64,000 bases of DNA, from contig NC_087436.1 in assembly GCF_036321535.1 (NCBI RefSeq), positions 94,738,001 through 94,802,000 of the forward strand, given 5' to 3'. Both the position numbers and the translations under genes were made by a program. Below, piece after piece: positions 30,801-58,200 of this stretch; the first letter of the stretch is position 1, and each line of letters starts with the position of its first letter. The notes under the pieces are model-generated. The model worked only from the letters and a program-made list of their open reading frames with translations, made no database searches and had not been told where the DNA came from. Source of the DNA: Camelus dromedarius. Taxonomy: Eukaryota.

Positions 30801-31654
30801 TTAATTATATACTTAAAAATTCAAAACAGAACTGGTTACCCACATTACATATTTTACAACATTCCCACCTAAATACTTCCTTTGTGAGATATAGGACAAA
30901 AATAGGATTCAGAGTGAAAAGATGAATTTGAGTTCTAATACTTAGGAAAGAAATTCATCCTTCAGGTCATTACCATCACAGAATACAACCACCTCACCAG
31001 AGTGATACGAGGAATAAAATGAGTAGTGCATGAGATGTAGTAAACTACTATAAAATGAGAGTTAATATTTTATTCTTAGGTTTTATTTCCCCATCCTGGA
31101 CAACATCATGGTCCTGGTTTCACAGAGATTCTCAACAAGTAATCAATATAAAATTATTTTGCAGGTCTAAATTAGTCATATCAATGTGAAGAATCAACCC
31201 TGAAACTCTTAAGCTTTTCTAAATTATTCCAATGATGTTATACTACTACGCAAAGGATGTATGCGAATTATAAGCAAACTGATCATAGTCTCAATCTATA
31301 TTGACTCATCACAGTATGTCACTTCAGAAATGAAATGTGACAATGATGCATAGGTAACAGAGGCTTAAAAGATTTTCTAGAAGTTTTTAATGTGTTTTTA
31401 AAATTATACTGTTAACAGCAGACTCTTACAAAGATGTTTATGATTATATCATAACAAGCAATTATTTACTGGGACAAAGAAGATACGTTAAAAGTCAGAT
31501 GAATTACAATAATTAAACATGCATAGCTTATTGACATTTTTCTTAAAACAAAAAGACCTGGACATGTCTAAGTCTAGCCATTTTACCATCACCTCTGTTA
31601 CCAACTGGAATCACATTTTAAAAATTTCTGTGATCTTGAACATCTTGTTAAGTG

Positions 31655-43604
<11,950 letters not shown>

Positions 43605-43820
43605 CCTGCTGTCTTTTCTCTAACAGGGCTGAGCAATCACTAATTCCCGGGAAAAGCGAAGGACAAACCGTCGCTCGGTTTATGACAGACAACCTGACTG
43701 ACCCAGTGGAACTTGAGCTGCTCCGCGATTGGCTGCTTGGGCCTCAGTGGCGTCGCGTGCTTATGACGCCATACGCAAGCCTCATACGGGCTACAAGAAC
43801 GTGATGACGAAAGACGCTCT
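43605..43820. promoter_or_regulatory. LIAS/RPL9 bidirectional CpG-island promoter
   Basis: LIAS ATG (-) at 43604 and the RPL9 pyrimidine-tract start (+) at ~43817 are ~210 bp apart. CpG-rich from ~43500 to 44250; ATTGG (CCAAT box) at 43728..43732; TGACGCCA (CRE-like) near 43764. Confidence 0.88.
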
Positions 43821-43843
43821 CTCTTTGCCGCATCTACTGCGAG
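43817..43843 (+). other. RPL9: RPL9 non-coding exon 1 with 5'TOP tract
   Basis: ctctctctttgccgcatctactgcgag|GTGAGG: oligopyrimidine start typical of ribosomal-protein genes, followed by a consensus donor. Confidence 0.85.
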
Positions 43844-44277
43844 GTGAGGTTGGTTCTGTAATCGGTGGGCTTTAGGAATCTGAAGCCATCGGCTGTGGGA
43901 CAGCCAGCGGCGCGGGTCTGGCCTTCGGAAACTGTCTTGGTGGTCCCCCCGCGCGGCGAGCGCCATATGAATCTGGCGGTGCTGGGGTTCGAGCGCTGTA
44001 CTGGGTTTTCAGGCCTACCCGCCGCCCCTCAGCCTTGCCAGGTCGGGTTGGTAGGGTTGCTGTGAACGGGAGTTCGCCCGCTAGGCTCGTTAATACCCGC
44101 CTAGAGCTGCTGCTTCCAGGCCAGGGCGCAGCGGGGCCGCTTTCCTTAGTGGTCCTCCCGCATCTTCCCCGGGCTGTCTCCCTGCCTGTCTCCGGTGGGA
44201 GTGGAGTTCCGGGCAGGGTAGTTTGGTCGAAAATAGGTCCTGCGCAGCCTTCTTACCCCAGGTGTTTGTGTTTCAGA

Positions 44278-47655
<3,378 letters not shown>

Positions 47656-47910
47656 TATTTAAGGTAGGTTCTTGTGTCTATAAGTTTTATTACTGCTTTA
47701 GGGGGGTTTTAAAAACTTAAAACTGGAGTTGTAATGGCAGAAAATGGAGAGTTGCATTCTGTAAATTTGGCAAAATAAGAGAATTGATATGTTTTTCCTG
47801 TGAACCAATAATTCATAATCTTAAAGTGCATTTTAGGTTTATTCAGAATACAACTTTACCAGGCAGGGATATTGATGGAGATTTACAGATATTTTCATTT
47901 CTTTTTACAG

Positions 47911-48000
47911 TTGTCCGGGTACAGAAAGAGCAAGATGCCAGATGACTCTTCAGATTCATTTGTAATATCTTAAGGATAAATAAAAGCTGTGTTGATTGGG
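47911..48000 (+). other. RPL9: RPL9 terminal non-coding exon with AATAAA at 47979..47984
   Basis: Donor AAG|GTAGGT 8 nt after the stop (47663/47664); acceptor tttctttttacag| at 47910; AATAAA 68 nt into the exon. Confidence 0.8.
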
Positions 48001-49966
48001 ACTTTTTCTTAAACTGATTGTTGTTTCCAACTATTTGGTCAGTAAGCAGTTAAGTAAGTTCTAGTGTGCTAAGAACAATAACAAATAGTTGTTTTTTTCT
48101 AGTAAGACAACGGGAGTCTGGTTTTGAAGGAATATTAAGGGTATTTCAGGCAAGGGGAATACAGGTACTAGTGACAGGTGTATCAGTAACTTGTGAAACA
48201 GCACCTGGGAAGTGAAACAGTGATACAGCCTTAGTAAGAATTAGAAGATGGAGTTAATTTGTATTCATAATACAGTTGCTGTGGTCCACGGTTCTCTTAG
48301 TCTTGCCATTTACTCCTGTGTCTTAGTCCTTGATACTTTTAAAAAAAGAAACAAAACTGGTAATCTTACCGTAATCTCTTTAATTCTGTGTGTCATGCTT
48401 TAGATAAGCTACCATACTAGACTATCTTAATAGGGTAACCCCCAAACCTCTTCCTGTAGTCTTCCCCATTTTATTTGATGGAAACACCAGCCTTGAGTTC
48501 TCAGGCAAAGCGTAACATTCGACGTTGATTTCTCTTACACATATGTGTCCAATCCATTAGAAAAATCTGTAGGCTCTGCCTTTTAAGGTAAGATCAAGGA
48601 TTAAGCAAGAAAAAATAAAAACCATTTGGAATATATGGTGGACCTTATTAAGATCTTGATTTAAACGAATGATGTTATTTTTTATAGTAAAGAGTTAATC
48701 TTTGCTTTGATGATGGTTAAACTTTTAAAGAAATAGATGAAATGGTAAATAAAGCTTTTGCTTTGAAATATATGAGGTGAGGTTTGGGGTAGGCGTTGAA
48801 GTTCTAGGGTTTTAATTGTTGTTGAAGCTGAGCCATGGGGATTTACTGTACTATTCCTACTTGGATAAAGTTTTGAAATTATTCATAATTAAAAGATGAA
48901 GCCAAAAACCGTTTATATTTCACCTGGATTAGTGGGATAGCCTTTTAACTGATCACCTCCCCCATCTGTTCTCAGCAGTTGCCAGAAACATTTTCATACT
49001 TTCAACTTGCATCTTAACCAGTCTGACTACATTACAGCTAGATTGACCTCAATTAACCTTATAATACCATTGCCTTAAAGCCTGAAAGTTGTCATCCTTT
49101 TGGAAGTGTGGTTTCCCTTTGGAGTGACAACTTTTAAGTCTACAAATGTTTTCAGTGAAGCCTACTTTGTCCACCCTATTAATTGTGCTCACTCCTTATC
49201 CCCATCCTAACATACCCTTACCCTACTCCACTTTTTTATAAAGTAGTTTTTATAGTTTGTGTATGGATTGTACGCTTTTTTCTTGCTAGAATCTAACGTT
49301 CATGAAGATGTGGTCTTTTCTGGGATATTCCAAGTACCTGGAACAATGCCTGGCACATAGCTGTTTGCTGAGTGAATGGTGCCCAGGTTGCCAGGGAGAT
49401 TCAAGTTATGGAGACTCAGTAATGGCAATGAGATTAGATGTTTTGGAAGGTATTGACAGAGTTTCAAAGTTAAATTTGAGGCTTGAGAAAGAAATTTCTA
49501 AGTAGCAAAGGGATAGAGGCGTTACAGTTGAAGAGTGTCAGTGTATAAGCAGTCGCGGCTGCGGGAGTAAATGATTTCAGGAGTGAAGTGGATTGGTATG
49601 GGGCCTTCACAGGATAACTACTGAAGGTTGGCTGTAGCTAGTGATTTACATTTAATAACTTGGATGTAGTAAATGAAACTTGTTCTTCCCAGGGAAGATT
49701 TCCATGTTTTCTGTGTCTGCTATGGATAAGCTTGTGTGTGTGTTGGGTTTTGTTTTGTTTTGTTTTCCAATTTTGTGGTATAGGAGTCCACATTGTGTAG
49801 TGGGAAAACATACCCAGAAAGCAAGCCTCCCATTGGCACATAGTTTCAGAGGATGGGGGGAGGTAGTGTTGGCAGAACCCAGTTAAGAAACTAAACCCGT
49901 TTACATTCCACAGTTCTTAAAATTGACCAGATTGTTAGTTGAATATGAACAATCAGCATAAACCAG

Positions 49967-49972
49967 TTTATT
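49967..49972 (-). terminator. Candidate distal KLB polyadenylation signal (another at 51486..51491)
   Basis: TTTATT on + = AATAAA on -, ~2.2 kb after the KLB stop. Confidence 0.4.
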
Positions 49973-51695
49973 TGGAATAAATTACATTGAAAATTAAACA
50001 TTCAGTCACAATGTACTGACTTCATTATTCAGAGGCTTTTTGAACACCATAGTTGTGATGTATCTATGTCAGACTTAATCCTGTCAATTAAAGACAGGAT
50101 TCTTTAATTGAATACAAGGAATGTAACAGTATACAAAGTAACAAGTTAGATTTTAAGATTTTTTTTTCTTCTAAATCTCAAAAAAGCTTGAATTCTAAAG
50201 CTCTTGTCCTGTCAAAAGCTATCAACAGTTTCTAATTGACATTTTATGATTTTTAAATGAGTCTAAGAATAGTATAACTGATCATGAGCTGGATTAAATA
50301 CTTACCTAGGGATTCTTATATGATGATGGCTTAAAAACTAGTAAAATAATTCCCAAGTGGCAAAAAGGGAAGACGGTAAACAAAATAATCATTAAAGTAT
50401 TTAGAGATTAAGAAAGCAAAACCTTAATTCCAAATCTGTTATGAGTGAAAATGCGTTTTTTTCTCAAAACCCTGAATGTTAATGGTTAAAAAGTTGGGAG
50501 TTGCTCATTTGTTATTCCATAAAATTATCACAATGACTAGCTACTGTACTTGTGTATGGCCTCAGGCCCACTTAGTTCTGAAAGAAAAAAATACCCTTAT
50601 AAAGCATAACCTAAAAACTGCTAAGGTTGAAGGAGAGGTGCAAGTGGGGGCAAGGAGAATAGACAAAAACACATCTGCAAAATTGTTTAGTATTTGAATT
50701 GGCCAGCCAAATAGCAAATTGATTTCCCGTCACTTTTGCATTTGTTTGCATTGACCAATTGTGTTATTTCTCTCTGAAACTTAATGCTATTATTATCAGT
50801 TAGAATCCCAGTTATGTAGGAAAGAAAATTTTTCCTTTGAGTAAATTCCAGGAGGGGTGGACAATGAGTAGTTAAATACTGACTCACCTAAAGAAAGAAT
50901 GTGTATAAATGGATTTACATTCAAGTTTTCTTCCTCCAACATTCAGAACACTGAACAAACCTTACGTACGGAGTTCAAGCAAGTCAACCTCTGTAAGTTC
51001 AGATTTAAGAATCTACTTAATTCTAGCTTCAGAAATTGAATGTAAGAACAGTTTCAACTCATTCAGACCATCAGCTTTCTGAATTGCATCCGAAGAGTCT
51101 CAGTTTTAGGTCCACATACAGCTGCATTCTACACCTCGTGAGGCTCCTAAGTGCCTATGGTGCCAGAACAGTAAAGCATTTTAGGGGAGAGAGTAAGTCT
51201 TACAGGATAAATGGTCCTTTGGTAACTTGGTAATAAAACTACATCTTTTTAAATGTTTAGCTTTACTAAGCATGCTACACCTTGTCACCTCACAAAATTC
51301 AAGTGAGGAATGTCAATTTGTCTGAAGAGGAGGTGGCTATACTGTGAGGTTGAGTGACTACCTTGTGTTCACAGGCAGTTGGGTCTAGCTTTCTTTCATC
51401 TTATTTCTCTGATCTTTACATGATGAGTTATGGAAATTAAACGGTTTTTTTTTAATGATAAAAGGAGAGACAACAAAATTAGGTGTTTATTAATGGTTAA
51501 TTATTTTAATTTCTATTAGAAACTTAGAGATCGATGTGCTTAAGAGTCTACTGTAACTGGCTATAGACAAGCACTACTTACCCTATTTTCTCTTTCCATT
51601 TGAGAACCACCCTGACCTAAGGGGGAAAGCACCTTGTTAGAAGTGACAATTTATTACTGGCTATCCAGTATTAAGAGTTCTAAATCTCTGTAGTC

Positions 51696-51834
51696 TTTTT
51701 TTTTTTTTTTTTTAATGTTATGTGGCGGGGTGATAATTAGGTTTGTTCGTTTATTTTAATGCAGGTGCTGGGGATTGAAACCAGGACCTTGTGCATGCTT
51801 AGCATGCACTCTACCACTAAGCTATACCCTCCCC
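51696..51834 (-). mobile_element. tRNA-derived SINE (Vic-1-like) just 3' of the KLB stop
   Basis: Same consensus with a long A tail; imperfect TSD tg(t/g)agtctt. Confidence 0.85.
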
Positions 51835-52207
51835 ATGAATGGAGTCTTAACAAAGTTGTACTTTTTCAAAACAATTTCTTTTATCATAAGTAGCTATTAG
51901 TGTTTTCAGAAGAAAACTAGGGAAGAATAATAGGAAACAGCTCATCAAACTCCATGAAGCAAATTTGATAGCTTACTGTCTAGGCGAAGCCTTTATCTTC
52001 AGATCCAAGAACTGAATTCACTGATGTCAACACCTAAGGGAAAATCAGAACCACACAGCAAAGACATCGATTGTCATTACCTTGGCTATCACTAATACCT
52101 TAAATTGTCTTTTTTCTACAATAAAGGTGGATCTTCTGTAAGTTAACCAGTATATGGAACTGGAGTGAATTTTTAGTTTCCATCATGCAGACAGAAAGAG
52201 GATCAGT

Positions 52208-55200
52208 TTAACTAGAAACTCTATTGTGGCCTTTCTTTAATGGTATGTGTTGTAAGTTCTTTGCTTTCCAAAATTTTCTTCTCCTTCGCTTGTGAAAAAT
52301 GGTAACTGATAGAAGTAGAACTAGGGTGGAGAAGAAACAACATCCAAAAAATATCAGTGGTTTCTTCTGCATGAGAAACAAGCAGACGATACACTCCGTG
52401 TTTCTTTGAGTCTGACTGCATCTAGGACTACTGTTCCCAGAAAGGAAGCCATTGTTGCTGATCAGTTTGTTGTAAAACTGGATTGAGGATTTAGCTTTGA
52501 AATCAGATGTGAAGAATCCAAATCTGGGTCTAGATTTTTCTTCAGTCAGTTTGAATGCATAATAGCCTTTGATTTTGACTTTATCAGTCAGGTATGCTGA
52601 AAAATAACAGAAATGAACATTATAAATCACAAATGGACTATAAAATATATTTGAATAATTTAGTTTTCATTGAAACAAACTCAAAAATTGATTTTCATTA
52701 AAGGTTTTTTTTGACATTCTTCTATGGTTGATCTTACTTAAGGTGAAAATATGTATAATAATATAAGTTTACAAAGAAATTTGAAGTAAAACTTTATAAA
52801 TAACAAACACCTGAGGGAAAAGCAGATTTAAGAATTGGAGCCATGAAGGTCACATGATACTGTTACTTCTGTTCAATGTCAAAAGCAGAAAAATCTTGCC
52901 TGTTTGGACTGATTCTAAATCTAAGATGTGCTCTTTTGTTGCTGCCCTATAACCATACGCGGTTTCCCCAGCTCTCCTACTTGACTTTTTCCTACCTACT
53001 CTCTGTCCTCAAACTTACAGCACCTCTGTCCTTATTTGAAGTGATGACCGTCCTCCTTACTTTGCTGAAAAACTAAAGCACTTAGAAAGTCAGTCTCCTA
53101 CAATCATAACTACCCATATACTGGCATCTGCACTCACTCTCCCTTCTCTCTCACCGTGGATGACCTGTCCGTGCTCCTGAAAGAGGCTGACCTCCACTTA
53201 TACACTGTAAGTTTATTCTTTCTTGCCCATTCAAGGACATTGCTCCATTGTTTTCCCCTCTTTTCTCATGTATTTTTACCTCACTACTGGATCGTTACCA
53301 TGTAAAAATGCTGTAACTTCTGGTATCTTAATAACCAAAAACAACAGCCTCCTTTGACTGCACATCACCCTCTAGTTATCTTTTACATCTCTGGCTCCTT
53401 TTATTGGTTTATCATCTCTCTGACTTCTGGATATATATATATTTTTAATAGAGGTACTGGGTGTTGAACACAGGACTTTGTGCATGCTAAGCATGTGCTC
53501 TACCACTGAGTTATACCCACCCCCCACAACCTCTGAATATTGAAGTATACCAGGGCTCAGCCCTCTTCTCTGTGCTTGCTGTTTTAGGGCTCTCATCCAG
53601 CTTTATTGTTTTAAATACATCGATTTGCTCTTGATTCCCAAATTTGTATCTCAGCCCTAGACCTCTCCTCTGAACCTGAAACTTCATCTGTTAGCCTACT
53701 TTGCATCTAGCCTACTTGGCATCTCTAATTGGATGTCTAAGAAATATCTCAAACTTAATCAGTGGAACACCAAACAACTCATCTCCAAAAACCTGTTGCT
53801 ACCAGTCTCCCTCAACCTGGTAAATGGCCACTCATCCTTTCAGTTACTCAAGCCAAACTGTTGGAATCATCTTTCACTCTTCTCTCATACCCACGTCCAA
53901 TCCTGTTGACTGCCTTCAAAGGTAGTCAGAACCTAGCCACTACTCACCATCTCCACTCTTAATAACCTGATCCAATCCACCATTATCTCTTACCCAGACC
54001 AGTGCAACACTCACTGTGTGAATTCTTGCTCCTTTACAACGTATTCACAAAAGAGCAGCCAGAGTAATTCAAGTGTGAGATCATGTCACGCTTCTGTTTA
54101 AAACCTTTCGGAACCTTCCTATCTCAGAGTAAGAGCCATAGTTCTTACAGTGGCCTACTAAGCCCTACCTGATTTGCCTCTTCCCTTACTTCCTTGACAT
54201 CATCTATTACTTTCCCCGTTGCTCATGATTTAACCATTTTGACATCTTTCCTGATCCTCAAATAGGCCAGGCATGCCCCCACTTTAGGGTTTTTGCATGT
54301 GCTCTTCTCTCACCTGGAACGCCTTTGTTAGGTAACTACCTCATTTTTTGCCCCAATTCTCCAGATCTTTGAAGTTCTCTGACCACTCTTTTTTTTTTTT
54401 TTTTTTTTTTTTAAGTATAGTCAGTTACAATGTGTCAATTTCTGGTGTACAGTCTAACCACTCTAGAATTGTAACCACTTCTATCTTCCACCCTTGGGCA
54501 TCCTCTTTGCTGCTCTTCTTTCCCCAAAGACCTTTTTACCTCTGACACACTATATCTTACACTTGTTTGTTGACCCTTATCCCAGAAAACCGTAGGCCCC
54601 ATAAGGATGGTAATTTTTATTTTGTTCAAAGGTGATATAGTGTCCAGAATAGCTTTTGCCCATATTAGCTGCTCAATAAATATTTGCCAAATAAGTGAGT
54701 AAATTTCTGGGAGCTTTTTGCAGCTTCAACAAATTGATCATGGAACATTTAAAAATCACATTTTAAAAAAATGTGATAATAGCCAGTGCTGGGAAGAGTA
54801 TGTGAGATAAGCACTCACAAACACTGGTGTTTATTATTTTTTAATATTTGACCCAATAATACCATGTTGGGCAATCCATCCTAAAGAGATCATTAGAAAT
54901 GAAGAGAAAGATTTATATAGAATGATACTTATGTTTTAGTAGTTAAAAAACCTAAATGTCAAACATTAGAGGGTGGTTAAGTACACAGAGATATATCCAT
55001 ATGAGATATTAAGCAACCATTAATGTTAACAAGGAACTTCTAATGACATGGTACACATTTATAATGTGATGTTAAGACAAAAGTTGGCTACAAGACTATT
55101 ACAGTGTAAGCTCAGTTGTATTAAAGATGTCTAGCCAGCAGAAGTCTGGGTGCTTTTGTGGGGGGAGTGAGATTTCAGGTGTTTTTAAAATACTTTTCTA

Positions 55201-58200
55201 TACCTGTCAAATTTTCCATGGTGAAGTGACACTGTCACTAATGAACTTGTTCCCCTCATTCTTTTAATATTAACTAGGTATGTCATACTCCACTGTGTCT
55301 GAAATGCCCCTAGAAACTCACCTTTCAAAGCCTCCTGAATGTATTTCTCTAAGTAGTATTTTCGGAGTTCATCATTTTCCAGGGACTGGTCGTCGATGCC
55401 ACTGGCCGTGATGTAAACATCCACGTCTCCATAGTTCTTCCGGATCCACCTCAGCACCCTGCGCTCTCCCCAGGGCATCACGGCCAGGCGGGTAGGGGAG
55501 CTCAGGCAGGTAATGTCCTGCAGGAACTGGATGTCCCTGTCCGCGTCGTAGCTGCTGCCGTTCTGGCGCTTATGCATCACGAACCTGGTGGTGAAGTGGT
55601 TCAGGGCGTAGAAGTCGGCAGTGCCCTTGACCAGCTTCCTCTCCTCCTCGGTGAACTGAGGCAGCGTGGAGCGCGAGAGCCCTTGCCTGTTCTTGAAGGC
55701 GATGTACTCCCTCATGGCCAACGGGTAGTCCCCGGTCTTGAGGGGTTCTGCGAACCAGGCGATTTCAAACTGGAGGAAGCGCTCGGCCGCCCTCCAGTGC
55801 GAGTCGGCGTAGGGATTGGCGGGTTCGGCCCAGTCCGAGTGCAGAGACAGCGAAACGGCCCCGCGCTGCGCAGGCCTGTACTGCCGGTCATAGAGGTGCC
55901 AGACCCGGGCGTGGGCGATCAGCAGGTTGTGGGCTGCCCAGTAGGTGTCGTTACTTGTGCGGTTGTAGATGTCACTCAGCCGGTTAGGCTCGTTGATGGT
56001 GATCCAGAGCTTCACCAGGTCCCCCAGCTCCTGGAAGCACAGGTCTGCGTAGTCCTGGAAGGCCTGGGCGGTGGACCGGTTCAGCCACCCGCCGCCGTGC
56101 AGCAGAGGCGCGGGGAGGCCTAGGTGGGCGTGGGTCGGATAGTACAACGTGACCATGGAGGAGACGTTGAGCTTCAGCCCCTCACTGACAATACACCTGT
56201 AGTACCTCAAAGCCTGTCGGTTCACTGTGGACAGTTTGCCAGTGGGAAGGATTGAAGGCCAGTCCAGAGCAAACCTGTAGTGGGTGACTTTCATTCTTGC
56301 CAACATCTCAAGCTGTCTTTTGATGCTGACCAAATCCGTGCATTGAGCTGGCCGTGTTTTCAGCCTCACTCCTTCCACTCGGTGCAACAGTCTGTTGCCC
56401 GTCACATTCCACACATACAGGTGAGGATCGTTGAACTGTGGGGAGGAAGCCACCAACTCCGGCTGTGAAAAACAATCACATTCAGGTAAAGCACACCCCG
56501 GCAGGCAGACTCTTAGCATACATCCTCTGAGAGGAAGAAGAGCCTCATTGCATTTTGCCTCTCACTGACAATAGAGAAAATAAATGAGGCACATGTTCTT
56601 CACAACAACCTTTTCTCCTGCTGATGTCAGAGAAAAGGCCTGATGGATTATCCTCCCTTCCAGCCCTTGAAATATCCCAGGGAGACCAGAAAATGCAGAG
56701 AAGGAACGACACCCAGGGCTTGGAAGACAAGTTGTCAGAAAACACCAAGAAGCTGTCTTCCAGTTTGTTCATTCCAAAAACCCAGGTAATATATTGGAGG
56801 TCTCATGTGATTCAGTTCAACTGCATCTGGAAATTGACTCTCAGTTAAAGGGAATCACAAAAGATGGACCTTTCAAACCATACTATAAACTGAAGGCAAA
56901 GTTTAACATTCCAGTTGTAGAAAATTTCACTGTGATCAGCCTTGGGGTTAGAGGAGGCTGGTTGACCCCAACCACAGTTCCTAAAAGAGGCCAGTAGGAT
57001 GGGGTAGGGAATGACCCCTTGCACTTGCTGAATGCATTTTCTAACACCCCCTATTTGAAAAGTCTACATGATAATCTTATGTGCATCAATCTGTTCTCCC
57101 CCACCCATGTGCCTGTGAGAACATAGCATTTATTCATCCAAAGCGAGAATAATGAACACCCTCCTTATACAAAGTTTTTGGAATATGAGAGGAGAGGACT
57201 GTAAACTACCCACCAGAAATTCCCCATTTGACTCTTGGATCTGACGATGTCCCATTCCCTGTCCCTCCGCCAAGGAGAGAGCCCTATAACTCTTGTTATA
57301 GTTCTGCCCCTTTGAAACTCAGGCTTAGCAACTCTGTATAGTGACGGAGCAATCTCACCCACCTCACAGGTGTGCTGTGAGGAGTCAGTGACTCTGGGCA
57401 ACTGCTCTGTCAACTGCAAAGCACTCTACAAACATAAGGTACTTATGACTTGGGTTTGATTTCCCTGCAATAATTGCCTGCTAGGCCCTTGAGTCTAAAT
57501 TAAAACAGAAAAGGGCTTAAGAAAAACATTTCCAAATTCAGGATTAATAAGAGAAAGTAAAAGTTCTGTATTTGTTTTAAAGTGCTTTTTCTTCCTATGA
57601 CTGAATTTAAATGCACCTGGAATAAATGGTACTTAACCTTTGGTAAATATTTTCCCTCTAATTGTTTTCTCGTGTGTCATCTTTCATAGTCTAATTACAA
57701 AATCATATCATTGCCCACTTGCCATCTGCCAACCAGTTATCTAGAACATTAAACTGAGAGAACATTGATCATGTGAGCATGAAGTTAAATCTGTATATAA
57801 TTATTTGAGTAAAATCCTAGCCTAGATGGCCAGTTGCAGTGTTTTGAAACCTCAGAGCATCATGGTATGGAAAGGGTACTTACAAAGGGCAATTCTGCCA
57901 TAAAGTAAGGCACAATCAAAGGAAAACCTGCCTTACTTTTAAAACCTCTGGAACACATCAGTCTTAGCAAGTGGGTGTGATTAATCTGCTACAAGAAATA
58001 ATTAAAATGATGCACCCTGATCTCAACCCTAGCTCCCAGAGCTTGGTTCTATAGTACTGTTTTCCTCTAAAAGGGTCCTAGTCTCCTTGGAGAAGTGGCT
58101 TTTTCCAGGTCTGGAGCAGGAAAAGAATGAGGTAATGCTGCTGTGTCTTGTGCCAGAAAAATAAGGAAGTGTTTAAAAACTGAAAGGTAAATGTCAAAAA

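Larger units (their letters stand above)
53000..54700 (+). mobile_element. Decayed L2 LINE in KLB intron 4
   Basis: L2-typical text (ttggatgtctaagaaatatctcaaacttaa...; end gctcaataaatatttgccaaataagtgagt). Boundaries are approximate. Confidence 0.6.

Noticed and set aside
55400..55420. KLB KL2 lacks the GH1 nucleophile (ITASG in place of ITENG)
   Set aside because: A known feature of Klotho-family pseudo-glycosidase domains.
55572..56123. 183-aa ORF antisense to KLB exon 4
   Set aside because: Shadow frame caused by the GC3-rich codon usage of KLB.
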